Origin: Octopus bimaculoides
Taxonomy: Eukaryota
Length of the DNA stretch: 64,000 bases
Reading direction: 5' to 3'
Assembly: GCF_001194135.2 (NCBI RefSeq)
Contig: NC_068982.1
Coordinates: 186,182,557-186,246,556 of the forward strand
The notes under the pieces are model-generated. The model made no database searches. It saw nothing but the letters and a program-made list of their open reading frames with translations, and was not told where the DNA came from. Positions 1-12,385 of the stretch are shown piece by piece; positions within the stretch are counted from its first letter, which is position 1; every line of letters starts with the position of its first letter. The translations under genes and the position numbers were made by a program.

Positions 1-136
1 TCCAACCCATACCAGCATGGAAAACAAACGTTAAACAATGATGGTGGTGGTGGTGGTAATGATGAAATGCAGTGGATTTCAAAAGAAATATGGTAACAAA
101 AGGAGTTAATAGTGAAATTGGAAATGAAAAACTTAC

Positions 137-253
137 AGGAACATGAGCAAGAATCACACCATGTAGAATATCCCTAGCTTCTTCCAGTTTGCTTTTCTTT
201 GGTTCGTTCCACATTCTGCGGACCCGCACTTTACTTCCGATGTACCTTAATGC
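137..253 (-). CDS. POLR3B: POLR3B coding exon 9 ([39 protein letters not shown]); gene continues beyond window
   Basis: cttcag acceptor, gtaagt donor, 117 nt. The nine exons total 960 nt with no stop codon. Confidence 0.96.
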
Positions 254-1070
254 CTGAAGAATAAAACAGAGACAATATAAAACAACATGGCTGTGTGTGT
301 GTGTGTGTGTCTTAGTTTTGGAATCGGTCCCTCATGTCACTTGCATGTCATCATTTGGCAACATGAAGGGCACCTGGCTGTAAAACACTCAGAAAACACA
401 TCCAAGCCATACCAGCATGGAAAAGCAGACATGAAACAATGATGATGATGATGATGATTGTGGTAGTAGTGGTGTTGATGACATTGATGGTGGTAGTGAT
501 GATGATGATGATGATGATGACAACAACAATGGTGGTGTGTCCTTCCAAATTTCTTTTTAAGAAGGTTACATGTGATATGAGAATAATTTGGCTGCTATTC
601 CTTGCAAGAACAGCAATTGCAGAGAAAACCAACAAAAGTCAATTGGACAATCACAGAGAGAGAATACATTCAATTGATGTTCAGCTGAAGTTTTAGATGG
701 GAAAATAAGAAAATGGGAGTGGAAATGACGTTTTGAGTATTGATCTACATCGGAAAGAGAGGAAAAAGGAAGAAAAGGGGAAAGGAGCAGAAAGAGCCCA
801 GAGAAAAGCATGGGTCTTGTGCATGTGTGTGTGTGAGTGTGTAGCATTGGCTGGGAAGATTATTGTCTTCTTGCTATGACATCATGATAATTGTAAATGA
901 GGGTCACTGACATGCAAGCATTATCAAATAACAACCATCCGTGGAAAACATGTCTGGCCATGAGAAAATATTGCCTTACTTGGAAAGAGACGAGGGCTGC
1001 TAACAGGAAGGCTGTCCAGTGGTAGTAAATCTGCCCTAACAAATTCTGTCTGACCCATGTAAAGCAAAGT

Positions 1071-1290
1071 GGAGGCTCATGGCTTATGGTTAAGATGTTG
1101 GACTCATGACCATAAGATAGTGGTTTCGATTCCTGGACCGGGTAATGCGTTGTGTTCTTGAGCAAAACACTTCATTTCAAGTTGCTCCCGTCCACTCAGC
1201 TGGCAAAAGTGAATAACCCTGTGATGGACTAGCATCCCATCCAGGTGGGGAAATTATACGCCATGAAACTGGCCCTTATGAGTCAGGTTG
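1071..1290 (+). mobile_element. tRNA-derived SINE with CORE-like central domain
   Basis: Degenerate A and B boxes followed by tgtgttcttgagcaaaacactt...ccactcagctgg. Confidence 0.6.
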
Positions 1291-1417
1291 ATTCAGAAAA
1301 GTAACTTTTTAAAGCTTTACAGGTAAAGCAGGGAAAAGTAGATGTTAACACAAAGATGAATCCACCAAATGGGTTTTCTTATCAAGATTAGAAATCCATG
1401 TCGTTTCAAAGACTCAC

Positions 1418-1567
1418 CTGGTTACACGTATAGACCTGAGCTTTGTGGCATTCCTCCATACAAGGAGCAATCGATGCTAAAACCTCTTCTTCACAACCAA
1501 TCATCTGGATAATTTCTTGGTCACACTCAATACCCATACCTTTGAAGGCTATTGCAACAGGAATGTC
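1418..1567 (-). CDS. POLR3B: POLR3B coding exon 8 ([24 protein letters not shown]...AQVYTCNQ)
   Basis: tttgaag acceptor, gtgagt donor, 150 nt in frame. Confidence 0.96.
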
Positions 1568-1590
1568 CTTCAAAGATAATACAAAAAAAT

Positions 1591-2207
1591 TACGGTTCTA
1601 TATTTAAGAGATGAGGAATTATGGACATTATTTACACTACTTACATTTGACGGATATTTGTCCTCATCTTGTTTGCCGTTAACCATACGTCATATGCCCA
1701 TTGACATATGGCGTAGTGGTTAAGAGCGCAGGCTACTAACCCCAAGATTCTGAGTTCGATTCCAGACAGTGACCTGAATAATAATAATTTTTTCATTTTT
1801 TTTTTTCATTTTATTTAGTTTCAGCTCATGAGCTGTGGCTATGCTGGGGCACCGCCATTTGGTGTTGCTACGTAATTTTACTTCACAAATGCTTTTCAGG
1901 AATTGACATTTGGTGCACGAGAGAGTTTGATGCAGCTGCCCTCATCTGCACCTCCTGCTGCGAAGTTGGTTCATCTGGGACACTTGACTGGAAGAGGTCC
2001 AGCTTTATTTTGAAGACACCTACATTCAACTCATGTAGGTCTCTCAGGTACTTCAGGAGGATATTGAAGAGCTGTGGACCTCTGAAGCCCAGGCTATTGC
2101 AGTATCTTGTCCTACATCTTCAACAACATCGAAAAATACCTTAGGAATGAGAACCCAGGTTCGAAATTTCCCCAAGACACCTGAAGAAGGCTGGGGGAAT
2201 ATCAACC
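1591..2207 (+). mobile_element. Second copy of the tRNA-head plus hammerhead-tail element, interrupted by a CR1-like 3' fragment
   Basis: Inverted tail 1591-1684, A box TGGCGTAGTGG 1709-1719, B box GAGTTCGATTCC 1752-1763, (AAT)n, then GACAC-CTGAAGA-A-GGCTG..CAACC 2176-2207 running into a gap. Confidence 0.7.
1860..2120 (-). mobile_element. CR1-like LINE 3' fragment
   Basis: Translates to RYCNSLGFRGPQLFNILLKYLRDL..FKIKLDLF..VPDEP, a typical CR1-group ORF2 C-terminus. Confidence 0.7.
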
Positions 2208-2544
2208 NNNNNNNNNNNNNNNNNNNNNNNNNNNNNNNNNNNNNNNNNNNNNNNNNNNNNNNNNNNNNNNNNNNNNNNNNNNNNNNNNNNNNNNNNNNNN
2301 NNNNNNNNNNNNNNNNNNNNNNNNNNNNNNNNNNNNNNNNNNNNNNNNNNNNNNNNNNNNNNNNNNNNNNNNNNNNNNNNNNNNNNNNNNNNNNNNNNNN
2401 NNNNNNNNNNNNNNNNNNNNNNNNNNNNNNNNNNNNNNNNNNNNNNNNNNNNNNNNNNNNNNNNNNNNNNNNAAAACCCCAAGATTTAAACTGTTTGTAT
2501 TTAATTTAAGCCCTTCTCCAGTTACCCCAACCCTCTCTTTTATA

Positions 2545-2894
2545 ATGTGAGTAGCCACTTCTTCACTACAGTTTTCACTTCCTCATTACTGGACAATCAT
2601 CTCTTCAGCCCCATGAAAAAGGGTTTGAGAGGCAAACATTATTCCAGTGATGAAGAAGTGAAAACTGTAGTGAAGAAGTGGCTCAAAGAACAGTCAACAG
2701 AATTTTACGGGGCAGGGATACATGCTCTCATTCGAAGGTGGAACATTGCTATTGAGAGAAACGGTGACTATGTTGAGAAGTAGGGATGTGACCCACAGAG
2801 GACCAGCTTCATTTTGATGTATGATACATGTTCCTGTGTTGGTAATTATACCTGTCCTAAACAAAATGGCATTACTTTTTGACTCACCCTCATA
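2545..2894 (+). mobile_element. Mariner transposon 3' remnant
   Basis: HLFSPMKKGLRGKHYSSDEEVK..GIHALIRRWNIAIERNGDYVEK*, then right TIR ggcattactttttgactcaccctc ending in TA. Confidence 0.9.
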
Positions 2895-3043
2895 AATTAA
2901 ACTGAGAAGAAAAAGTAAACCTTTAATCTTTTATGACAGATTTAAACTATTTCGATTATAAATTAAAATGGTTGCACACAAAATTGTAAACATTATTATG
3001 TTCTGAAATAGCAATAAAAAGACCAAGTTATTTCTTTATTTAC

Positions 3044-3125
3044 CTCAGTAAAAATATTATGTTTCAGGTAATATCTACTCTGTTTGGTTATAACATATGT
3101 CTTACTTTTCCTCTCATGGGTGGAA
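3044..3125 (-). CDS. POLR3B: POLR3B coding exon 7 (STHERKSKTYVITKQSRYYLKHNIFTE)
   Basis: ttttag acceptor, gtaaat donor, 82 nt, phase 2 to 0. Confidence 0.95.
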
Positions 3126-3153
3126 CTAAAAATGAAAAAAAAAAAAAAATCAA

Positions 3154-3187
<34 letters not shown>

Positions 3188-4460
3188 TAGGTGTTTCGTT
3201 TCTGTATTTGGCTTGCAAGATTCTCAATGTGGACGCTTGTGTTAAAAAACAAAACTTGTATATTAGAAATGTCATTACTCCTGTAATAACAAATACATAC
3301 ACAGTGTGTGTGTTTATTATTATTGGCGTTATGACCCTCCCAAAACACAACAAGAATAATTAGATAAAAATCAATAATGGTTAAAATCTATAAAATGGTC
3401 GATAATTTTAAGATTTATCTCCTTTTAAACCTGGCAGCCAGAGTAAGGGAGATAACTAGTGTCTGAAACTAAGCTCCACATCCAAATTGACACAAGAGGG
3501 CGAGGGATGTATGTGTGGTTCAGAAATTCACTTCCCAAACACGGGGTTTCAAGTTCATTCCCACTGTGCGTCACCTTGGGCAAGTGTCCCTGAGCAGACC
3601 AAAGCCTTGTAAGTGGATTTAGTAAGCAGGAACTGAAAGAAGCCATTAAATCTGCCATACCATTCAATTTGACTGGTATATTCTGCCCAGAATATTCTGT
3701 TATATGTATCCTAGCCTCTAGACCAGTGGTTCTCAATCAGGGTCCACATGACCCTTGGGGATCCATATAAGAGTTTGTTGTTATGTGCAATAAATTGCTT
3801 ATACACAAAATATTTTAACAGTTTCTAATACAATTCCGGCTGGAGGCATGTTAAAAGCGCCCACTACACTCTCGGAGTAGTTGGCATTAGGAAGGGCATC
3901 CAGCTGATGCAGTGTAAACGCACCCATACCGGAGCTGTGTAAATGCACCCATGCTGATGCTGTGTAGATGCACCCTTGTCGGTGCTGCATAAATACACCC
4001 ATGCCAGTGGTATGTAAAAAACACCCTGTCCAATCTGTTAAGTGGTTGGCATTAGGAAGAGCATCCAGCTGTAGTAACCATGTCAAAACAGACAATTGGA
4101 ATCTAGACAGCCCCATAACTCCGTGTCAAACGTCCAACCCATGCCAGCATGGAAAGCAGACATTAAATGACAATGGTGATGATGGTGATGAACTCCCCTG
4201 GGTCCACGAAACAAAATCCCAGTCAAGTTGTGGCTTCCAATTCTTTTCTCTTTTAATATTGGCAAAATTACATTTTGAAAGGGTCACAGGGACTACCCAG
4301 TGTTCCTTTAGTTCCAAGAAATGAAGGAGGGTTGAATGAAGGGCTACTAGCAATCCTTTCCCGTCTAGCACCCTACAAAAATCATCCAAAGAAACCGGGG
4401 ACAGCCAATATAGATGGACCAATGTGCCATACAAACAAGAAAGAGGTGAGAAATCCTTAC

Positions 4461-4670
4461 CTTGTTACGGAACATTCTATATAACCCTTTTTGTCAATGT
4501 CTACAATCATTCGATTCTTAGACATTTGTTCTTGGATGAGAATCACTTTCTCTGTTCCTTTTACAATAAAATACCCTCCTGGGTCCATTGGACATTCTTT
4601 CAACTTGGCCAGCTCTGATGGACTCTTTCCAGTCAATACACAATTAGAACTTCTCAACATGATCGGCATT
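4461..4670 (-). CDS. POLR3B: POLR3B coding exon 6 ([12 protein letters not shown]...[26 protein letters not shown]...SVT-S)
   Basis: ttctag acceptor, gtaagg donor, 210 nt. Contains the [12 protein letters not shown] motif of Rpb2-family subunits in its Pol III form. Confidence 0.98.
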
Positions 4671-5456
4671 CTAGAATAAAATAGAAACAGATAAGATTAA
4701 TGTGTAAGGTTCATAGGTGCAGGCAGGAGTGTGTGGATAAGATGCTTGCTTCCCAACCACATGGTTCCAGGTTCAATCCCACAGCATGGCAACTTTTACT
4801 ATAGCTCAAGGCCAACAAAAACCTTGTGAGTGGATTTGGCACATGGAATCTAAAAAGAAGCTCTGTCTCTCTCTCCCTTCTTGTCTTGACATCGTTGGAG
4901 AGTTACAAGCAAGCATCACTGCCAAACCAGTGGAATTAACTGTTTCCAGTCTTTTGCGAAAAATGCATCTGGCCATAGGGAAGTATCTCCATGCGGGGAA
5001 ACAGGTGAGGGTTGGCGACAGGAAGAGCATCCCTCCGTAGGAAATCTGTCTCAACTAATTCAATCTAAGTGTATGTGTCTCAGTGTCTGTGTTTCAGTGT
5101 GTTTGTGTTTCTGTGCGTGCGTGTTTCTCTGTGTGTGCGTGTGTTACTCTGTGTGTGCATGTGTTTCTCTATGTGTAAATATGTTTCTGCGTGCGTGTGT
5201 ACATACGTATGTGTTTCTGTACCCTTGTCTTGCCATCATGACATCAAGTGGTGACTTAAAACGAGTGTCACAGTCATACAAGTGATCCTGTTTCGTTTCC
5301 AGTCTGCCACAAAGAAATATCAATCTGAAAACTAAAGAATTACAAACCTAATCATCATCGTCATCGTTGTTTAACGTCCGCTTTCCATGCTGGCATGGGT
5401 TGGACGGTTTGACTGAGGCTGACCTCTCCGATCAAAATAAATTTAGTTTAGTCTTA

Positions 5457-5579
<123 letters not shown>

Positions 5580-6524
5580 TTACAATTATTTAATATCATC
5601 ATCATCATCATCGAAACTGAACCAAATTTGATGACTGGCACCCAGGCCAACCTTCCCTCATTGGACACTAAACTCAGCTTGCGAAGACCTGTTGGGGCAA
5701 GTGAGATCGAAACTGAACCAAATTTGATGACTGGCACCTGTGCCAGTGGGGCGTTAACAGCACCATCCAAGCAAGATCACTGCCAGAGCAGAGGTCTTGC
5801 TCCCATGCTGGTGGAACGTAAAAAGCACCATTTGAGCGTGGCCGTTGCCAGTACCACCAGACTGGCTCTCGTGCCAGTGGCACGTAAAAAGCACCCACTA
5901 CACTCTCTGAGTGGTTGGTGTTAGGAAGGGCATCCAGCTGTAGAAACTCTGCCAAATTAGATTGGAGCCTGGTGCAGCCATCTGGTTTCACCAGTCCTCA
6001 GTCAAATCATCCAACCCATGCTAGCATGGAAAGCGGATGTTAAATGATGATGATGATCATCATCATCATCATCATTGTTTTAACGGTCACTTTTCCATGA
6101 TTTCGTGGGTCAGACAGAATCTGGTGAGGCAGATTTTCCACAGCTAGACACCCTTCCTGTCGGGAACCTTCACTTGTTTCTAAGTAAGGTAACCTTTCCC
6201 CAGGGTCCCACATCTTTTTATTGAAAGGCTGGAAATGAAGGACACCACTTGCATGAGGGTAAACAATCACATGATGTCAAAACCAAGAAACACACAAACA
6301 CAAGACGGGCTTCTTCTAGTTTCTCACAATGAAATCTACTCACAAGGCTTTGGTTGGCCCAGGGCTATAGTGGAAGACACTTGTCCCAAGATGCCATGCA
6401 ATGGAAGTGAACCTGGACCCATGTGGTTAGGAAATGAATTGCTTAACCGCACAGACAGACCTCTATCTGTGTGGATGTTTTTTAGAGTAAGTACACCATA
6501 CCCCTGGATGTCAGGATAGGCAAC

Positions 6525-7058
6525 TACAAGGGGATGTTGAAAAGTTCCTGGCTTTAAGGGTATCATGAAAGGCCTGGTTGGAAGCCCAACCTTCAAAGTT
6601 CTTTTACAGGGCTTAGAGAAACACTAAAGGACCATTACAATAAGTGTGTGCATCTGAGAGGGGAACATGACATTCGAGCGAGTTCGTTGCCAGTGCAGCT
6701 GGACTGGCTCCTGTGCAGGTGGCACGTAAAATACACCATTTNNNNNNNNNNNNNNNNNNNNNNNNNNNNNNNNNNNNNNNNNNNNNNNNNNNNNNNNNNN
6801 NNNNNNNNNNNNNNNNNNNNNNNNNNNNNNNNNNNNNNNNNNNNNNNNNNNNNNNNNNNNNNNNNNNNNNNNNNNNNNNNNNNNNNNNNNNNNNNNNNNN
6901 NNNNNNNNNNNNNNNNNNNNNNNNNNNNNNNNNNNNATGCCAGCATGGAAAGCGGACGTTAAACGATGATGATGATGATGATGACGAAAATTATAATTAA
7001 CTGATCCTGCTGCATTTGCTTTTACCCAAAGCCAGGAACTTTTCAGCACTCCCTTGTA
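6525..7058 (+). mobile_element. Mariner-derived MITE interrupted by a LINE-tail insertion and a gap
   Basis: TIRs TACAAGGGATGTTGAAAAGTTCCTGGCTTT / AAAGCCAGGAACTTTTCAGCACTCCCTTGTA with terminal TA. Confidence 0.75.
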
Positions 7059-7822
7059 AAAGATTTGGAGTCAAGACTGACATTTCACGGTAAAATGCTG
7101 CCTTAAAAAACCCATCCACTCCTTATTGAAGAGAAAATAAAAGTACTTTTGTGTTTGCTTTGCAAAATTGTTGATGTGAACTCTAGTCATCATCATCATC
7201 GTCATTTAAGATCTGCTTTCCATGCTGGCATGGGTTGAACGGTTTGACCAAGAGCTGGCAAGCCAGGAGGTTGCTCCAGGCTCCAATTTGATCTGGCAAG
7301 GTTTCTACAGCTGGATGCCCTTCCCAGTGCCAACCACTCTGAGAGTGTTGAAATATATTTTGTCATATCTTGGGAGGGTTCTATACCAAAAATACAAACA
7401 CACACACTGGACACATGATGTTAAATGGTGATGATGAATTAGTTAGCCATTTAACTGATTGATTGCTTAATTAATCATTCAACTAATCAATCAGTACCTA
7501 ATTAATTGATTGAACAAACATACAATTAAGCAAGTAATCAATCGGTTAACTGGTGAAATAGTTAACCAACTGACAAATAAAAAAAAATAGAAAATGAAAT
7601 ACAGCCAGTGTGTGTGTTTATTATTGGCATAATGACCTTCCCAAGATACAAGATAATAATATAATCAGTAAAAAAACTGGTATTCATTATGCTTCTTAAT
7701 TTATATTTAAATGGTTCCAATTTTTAAAAAACTTCTCACAGAAATAAAAAGCAGAAAATTGAAAAATACAATAAAAACAGAAAAAAACGTGATATTTTCA
7801 GAAATTTGTAGAATTTACTTAC

Positions 7823-7898
7823 TTCTTGTGGAGAAACTGGTTTCGTTATATTGAATCCTTCTTCAACATCAGGCATTCCAACATATATATTTAGGTAT
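7823..7898 (-). CDS. POLR3B: POLR3B coding exon 4 ([25 protein letters not shown])
   Basis: ttttag acceptor, gtaagt donor, 76 nt, phase 2 to 0. Confidence 0.97.
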
Positions 7899-9268
7899 CT
7901 AAAATAAATATATTTTTGAAGGAAAGAATAAATATCAAAATGTTTCAATCACTGAGGAATANNNNNNNNNNNNNNNNNNNNNNNNNNNNNNNNNNNNNNN
8001 NNNNNNNNNNNNNNNNNNNNNNNNNNNNNNNNNNNNNNNNNNNNNNNNNNNNNNNNNNNNNNNNNNNNNNNNNNNNNNNNNNNNNNNNNNNNNNNNNNNN
8101 NNNNNNNNNNNNNNNNNNNNNNNNNNNNNNNNNNNNNNNNNNNNNNNNNNNNNNNNNNNNNNNNNNNNNNNNNNNNNNNNNNNNNNNNNNNNNNNNNNNN
8201 NNNNNNNNNNNNNNNNNNNNNNNNNNNNNNNNNNNNNNNNNNNNNNNNNNNNNNNNNNNNNNNNNNNNNNNNNNNNNNNNNNNNNNNNNNNNNNNNNNNN
8301 NNNNNNNNNNNNNNNNNNNNNNNNNNNNNNNNNNNNNNNNNNNNNNNNNNNNNNNNNNNNNNNNNNNNNNNNNNNNNNNNNNNNNNNNNNNNNNNNNNNN
8401 NNNNNNNNNNNNNNNNNNNNNNNNNNNNNNNNNNNNNNNNNNNNNNNNNNNNNNNNNNNNNNNNNNNNNNNNNNNNNNNNNNNNNNNNNNNNNNNNNNNN
8501 NNNNNNNNNNNNNNNNNNNNNNNNNNNNNNNNNNNNNNNNNNNNNNNNNNNNNNNNNNNNNNNNNNNNNNNNNNNNNNNNNNNNNNNNNNNNNNNNNNNN
8601 NNNNNNNNNNNNNNNNNNNNNNNNNNNNNNNNNNNNNNNNNNNNNNNNNNNNNNNNNNNNNNNNNNNNNNNNNNNNNNNNNNNNNNNNNNNNNNNNNNNN
8701 NNNNNNNNNNNNNNNNNNNNNNNNNNNNNNNNNNNNNNNNNNNNNNNNNNNNNNNNNNNNNNNNNNNNNNNNNNNNNNNNNNNNNNNNNNNNNNNNNNNN
8801 NTTATCGGTCTCTTTTGCCAAACTGCTAAGTTACAGGGACGTAAACACATCAGCATCGGTTGTCAAGCGATGTTGGGAGGACAAATACAGGCACACAAAC
8901 ATATACACACACGTACACACACACACATATATGACGGGCTTCTTTCAGTTTCTGTCTACCAAATCCACTCACAAGGCTGTGGTCGGCCCAAGGCTATAGT
9001 TGAAAGACACTTGCCCAAGGTGCCACGCAGTGGGACTGAACCTGGAACCATGTGGTTCGTAAGCAAGCTACTTACCACACAGCCACTCATAAAAATATAA
9101 TAGAATTTTTTAAAACAATGAATGGCTATGAGGGTCCATCCGAGTTCAATGGGAACCAAAGGGGTCCCCAGGAAAAAGACAGTTAAGGACCATTGACTTA
9201 AGTCATAACAGAATTCTAACTAAAAGGAAATACTTGAATAATTTGTAAAAGTTCATTAACAGACTTAC

Positions 9269-9333
9269 TTCAGATAAAAGTTCAAGTCAACATCACTAAC
9301 AACTTTATCATTGGCCTTCATGATTTTCTTAAT
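9269..9333 (-). CDS. POLR3B: POLR3B coding exon 3 (IKKIMKANDKVVSDVDLNFYL-K)
   Basis: cttccag acceptor, gtaagt donor, 65 nt, phase 0 to 2. Confidence 0.96.
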
Positions 9334-11635
9334 CTGGAAGCAAAAAAAAATGACGATTAAAAAATATCTGTTAATTAAAATCACAATTATAACATAAACG
9401 ATTTCAGATCTAAATGATGATTGTGAATAAGATTTCAAAGATATTCATTTTTAAACTCCTTGATACAAGTAGGTTATATTAAACATAATTTAAAAGAAAA
9501 ATTTGAAATCTGTCATTATATATATGTGTATATATGCATGCATCTTGCACAGGCACATGCAAAATGAACATCCACATACACGCCTATTGCTCTTTAAAGG
9601 CCCAGTTAAGAGTACCCTTGATGCGTCATGCGATATGATATGCTTGAGAAGACCTGTTGAGTCAAGTAAAATTAATATCATAGCTGAGGCCAGTGCCCCC
9701 AGACGGGCTCCTGTGCCGGTGGCACGTAAAAAGCAACATCTGAATGTGATCAATGCCTGGCCCACCTGATTGGCTTCTGTGCTGGTGGTACATAAAAAGA
9801 ACCCACTACACTCTTGGAGTGGTTGGTGTTAGGAAGTGCACGCAGCTGTAGAAATTTTGCCAGATCAGATTGAAGTCTGGTGCAGCCTCCTGGCTTCCCA
9901 GACCCCAGTTGAACCGTCCAACCCATGCCAGCATGGAAAACGGACGTTAAACGATGATGTTGCTAGTACTTGGAGAAAGGGGTGCCATAAATGGTCTCCC
10001 ATAACCATTTATCTGTCCTCAGGGGTATGAACAGTAAAATAAGTGCTGATAGTATTTGATCTGGGATGCCACCAAACACCATTACAAGACGGTTTGGCAG
10101 TCTTGTTGACCAGCTGAAGATCAGAAATGAGTAACTGTGAATACTGGAAACCAGAGCATTTCGGTTATAAAATATTAAAGGATAATTTATGTATATTGAG
10201 TCTTGTAATTTATTGCATCTAATGAACCAACAGATATATATTTTTGTGTTCCTTTCTGTGGAAGAGCGTAGGCTCGAAACGTTAGACTTTTTCAATTCCC
10301 AAGCGTTATACTAATACAACTGTTTGTTTTCTACACTGCTTGTCTTTGTTGGGGGGTTTTTTGTGAATTCTCTCTATATACATATATATATATCATCATC
10401 AACATCATAGAATTAAGATTGAATGAATGTGGTGATATCTAAGGTATGTTAGTTCCCAAACAACACTTATTTTAGTGCTGTTGACACTGCTGGATTGAAT
10501 GGTACTGCCCAGGTGTCAAAACCATAATGATATCTGTGGGGCAGCTGATGATGGCAGTATGTTGGATTGTTGGTATTGTATGTGTGGAATAGTTTTNNNN
10601 NNNNNNNNNNNNNNNNNNNNNNNNNNNNNNNNNNNNNNNNNNNNNNNNNNNNNNNNNNNNNNNNNNNNNNNNNNNNNNNNNNNNNNNNNNNNNNNNNNNN
10701 ATATATATATATATATATATATATAGTAAGAATTTACAAAAAAACAAAAGACAAAGACGGGTGTGTGAACAACAAACAGATGTATTACTTTCAGGAAGTG
10801 AGAAAGTCTTTTACGTTTTGAGCCTACGCTCTTCGACAGAAAGGAACACAGAAATAAACAGGGAAAGAAAATAGAAAAAGGTATACTGACTAGTGATCTA
10901 TCATATATATATATTGAGAGAGAAAGAGAAAGAATTTTTTTTGTTAGTAAAGCTGAAACTGAGACTTTGTTTCGCAACTCAAGTTTCATGCCACTGCAAT
11001 CTTCAGGCAAGAACTGTAGCATAACACTATCGCAAGACAAACTCTTACATTCAGTTTCAATAAAGTAACTATCTTCTCTACATGTATTGAGCACTATTCT
11101 CACGTATAACATCCATGCTGGCATGGGCTGGATGGTTTGACAGGATCTGAAGAGCCTAATGACTACATCATACTCCAATTGTCTGTTTTGGCATAGTTTC
11201 TATAGTGCAATGTCCTTCCTAATGCCAACCACTTCATGAAATGTACTGGGGTTACAAATTCATTTGCAAGACAAAGACTTCTCAGCTGAGAGAGGGAGTG
11301 GAAGTGGGGGAAGTGGCTGTGTGCCAGGAGAGAGTTTAGAGTATAAGAGGGACAGAGACAGTTGTCTTACTAGAAAGGAGATACTTGACTGCTTTAGCGG
11401 GACAAAGAAGAAGAGAAAAGGGAGAAAGAGACACACATACACCACAGGGCTTTTCTCAGTTTCCATCTACTAAAGGCTTTGGATGCGCTGTGGCTTTCGT
11501 AGAAGACGCTGAAGGTGCCACACAGTGAAACTGAACCCAAGACCACATGGTCACCAGGCAAGCATCTTAACCATACAGCTATGTCTCTACCTATAACAAG
11601 GTTAACAAGATTAATTAATGTAAAACTATGCATAC

Positions 11636-11725
11636 CTCTACATTAATGAAGTAATTGAAGGAATCTATATGTTGTTTCACTAATCCTTTCACCTTCAAAA
11701 AAGCTGGAAGCAGTTTCCATTTGTC
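11636..11725 (-). CDS. POLR3B: POLR3B coding exon 2 ([30 protein letters not shown])
   Basis: ttttcag acceptor, gtatgc donor, 90 nt. Recognisable RPC2 N-terminal motif. Confidence 0.97.
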
Positions 11726-12074
11726 CTGAAAAAAAAACAAGAAAAATGAATAAATTATGATGGAGAAAATCACTTCAAATGAAACAAAAAGTAAATCCTA
11801 CCAGAGTTATCTTTCCTTTAATCTTGAGCTCTGTAGAACCAAAGACTAAATTCAACCAGTTTGATATTCTTTGGCTTTTTAACCCTTTCATTACCCATCC
11901 GGCTGAAACCGCTTCTGGCTCTGTAGTACAAATGTCTTGTTTTCATAAGTTTTGAATTAAAATCTTCCACCAAACCTTAATTACAATTTATGTTCCTAAC
12001 ACGAGCTTAATGATAACTAAGTTATTTTGCTAAATTCTTTGTTATATTTTAAATTAATTGAAAGAAACACAGAG

Positions 12075-12385
12075 CATCTCAGGAAAGATCCTTCAAAGGA
12101 GTAGATAGTTTTTGTTACCTAGGTAATGAAATTAGCAGTGGAGGAGACTGTTGTGAAAGTGTAGTTGTTAGAACAAGATGGAGAAAATTTTCAGAGAGCT
12201 ATTAACTTTTGTTGGTAACAAAAGGTCTCTCTCTCAAAGTGGAAGGCACACTGTATGATGCTTGTGTACAAACAGCACTGCTACATGTTAGTGAAACATG
12301 GGCTGTGAATGCTGAGGGCATGAAAAAAACGAAGCTAGCATGCTCCACTGGCTGTGCAACTTCAGTGTGCATTGTATGGCAAAGT
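12075..12385 (+). mobile_element. Short RT fragment of the same RTE family
   Basis: FCYLGNEISSGG..LLVTKGLSLKVEGTLYDACVQTALLHVSETW. Confidence 0.8.

Noticed and set aside
1705-1776. tRNA gene (also 33922-33990 and 1071-1140)
   Set aside because: A and B boxes are present but there is no full cloverleaf or acceptor stem, and each runs into a repeat body; these are SINE heads.
5610-5738. Perfect 33-bp direct repeat
   Set aside because: It lies at the 5' junction of a truncated LINE tail and is most simply a template-jump duplication during insertion.
7916-9100. Long ORFs in the track (also 24001, 29032-30234, 45441, 47457, 58727)
   Set aside because: Their length comes from N runs translated as X.
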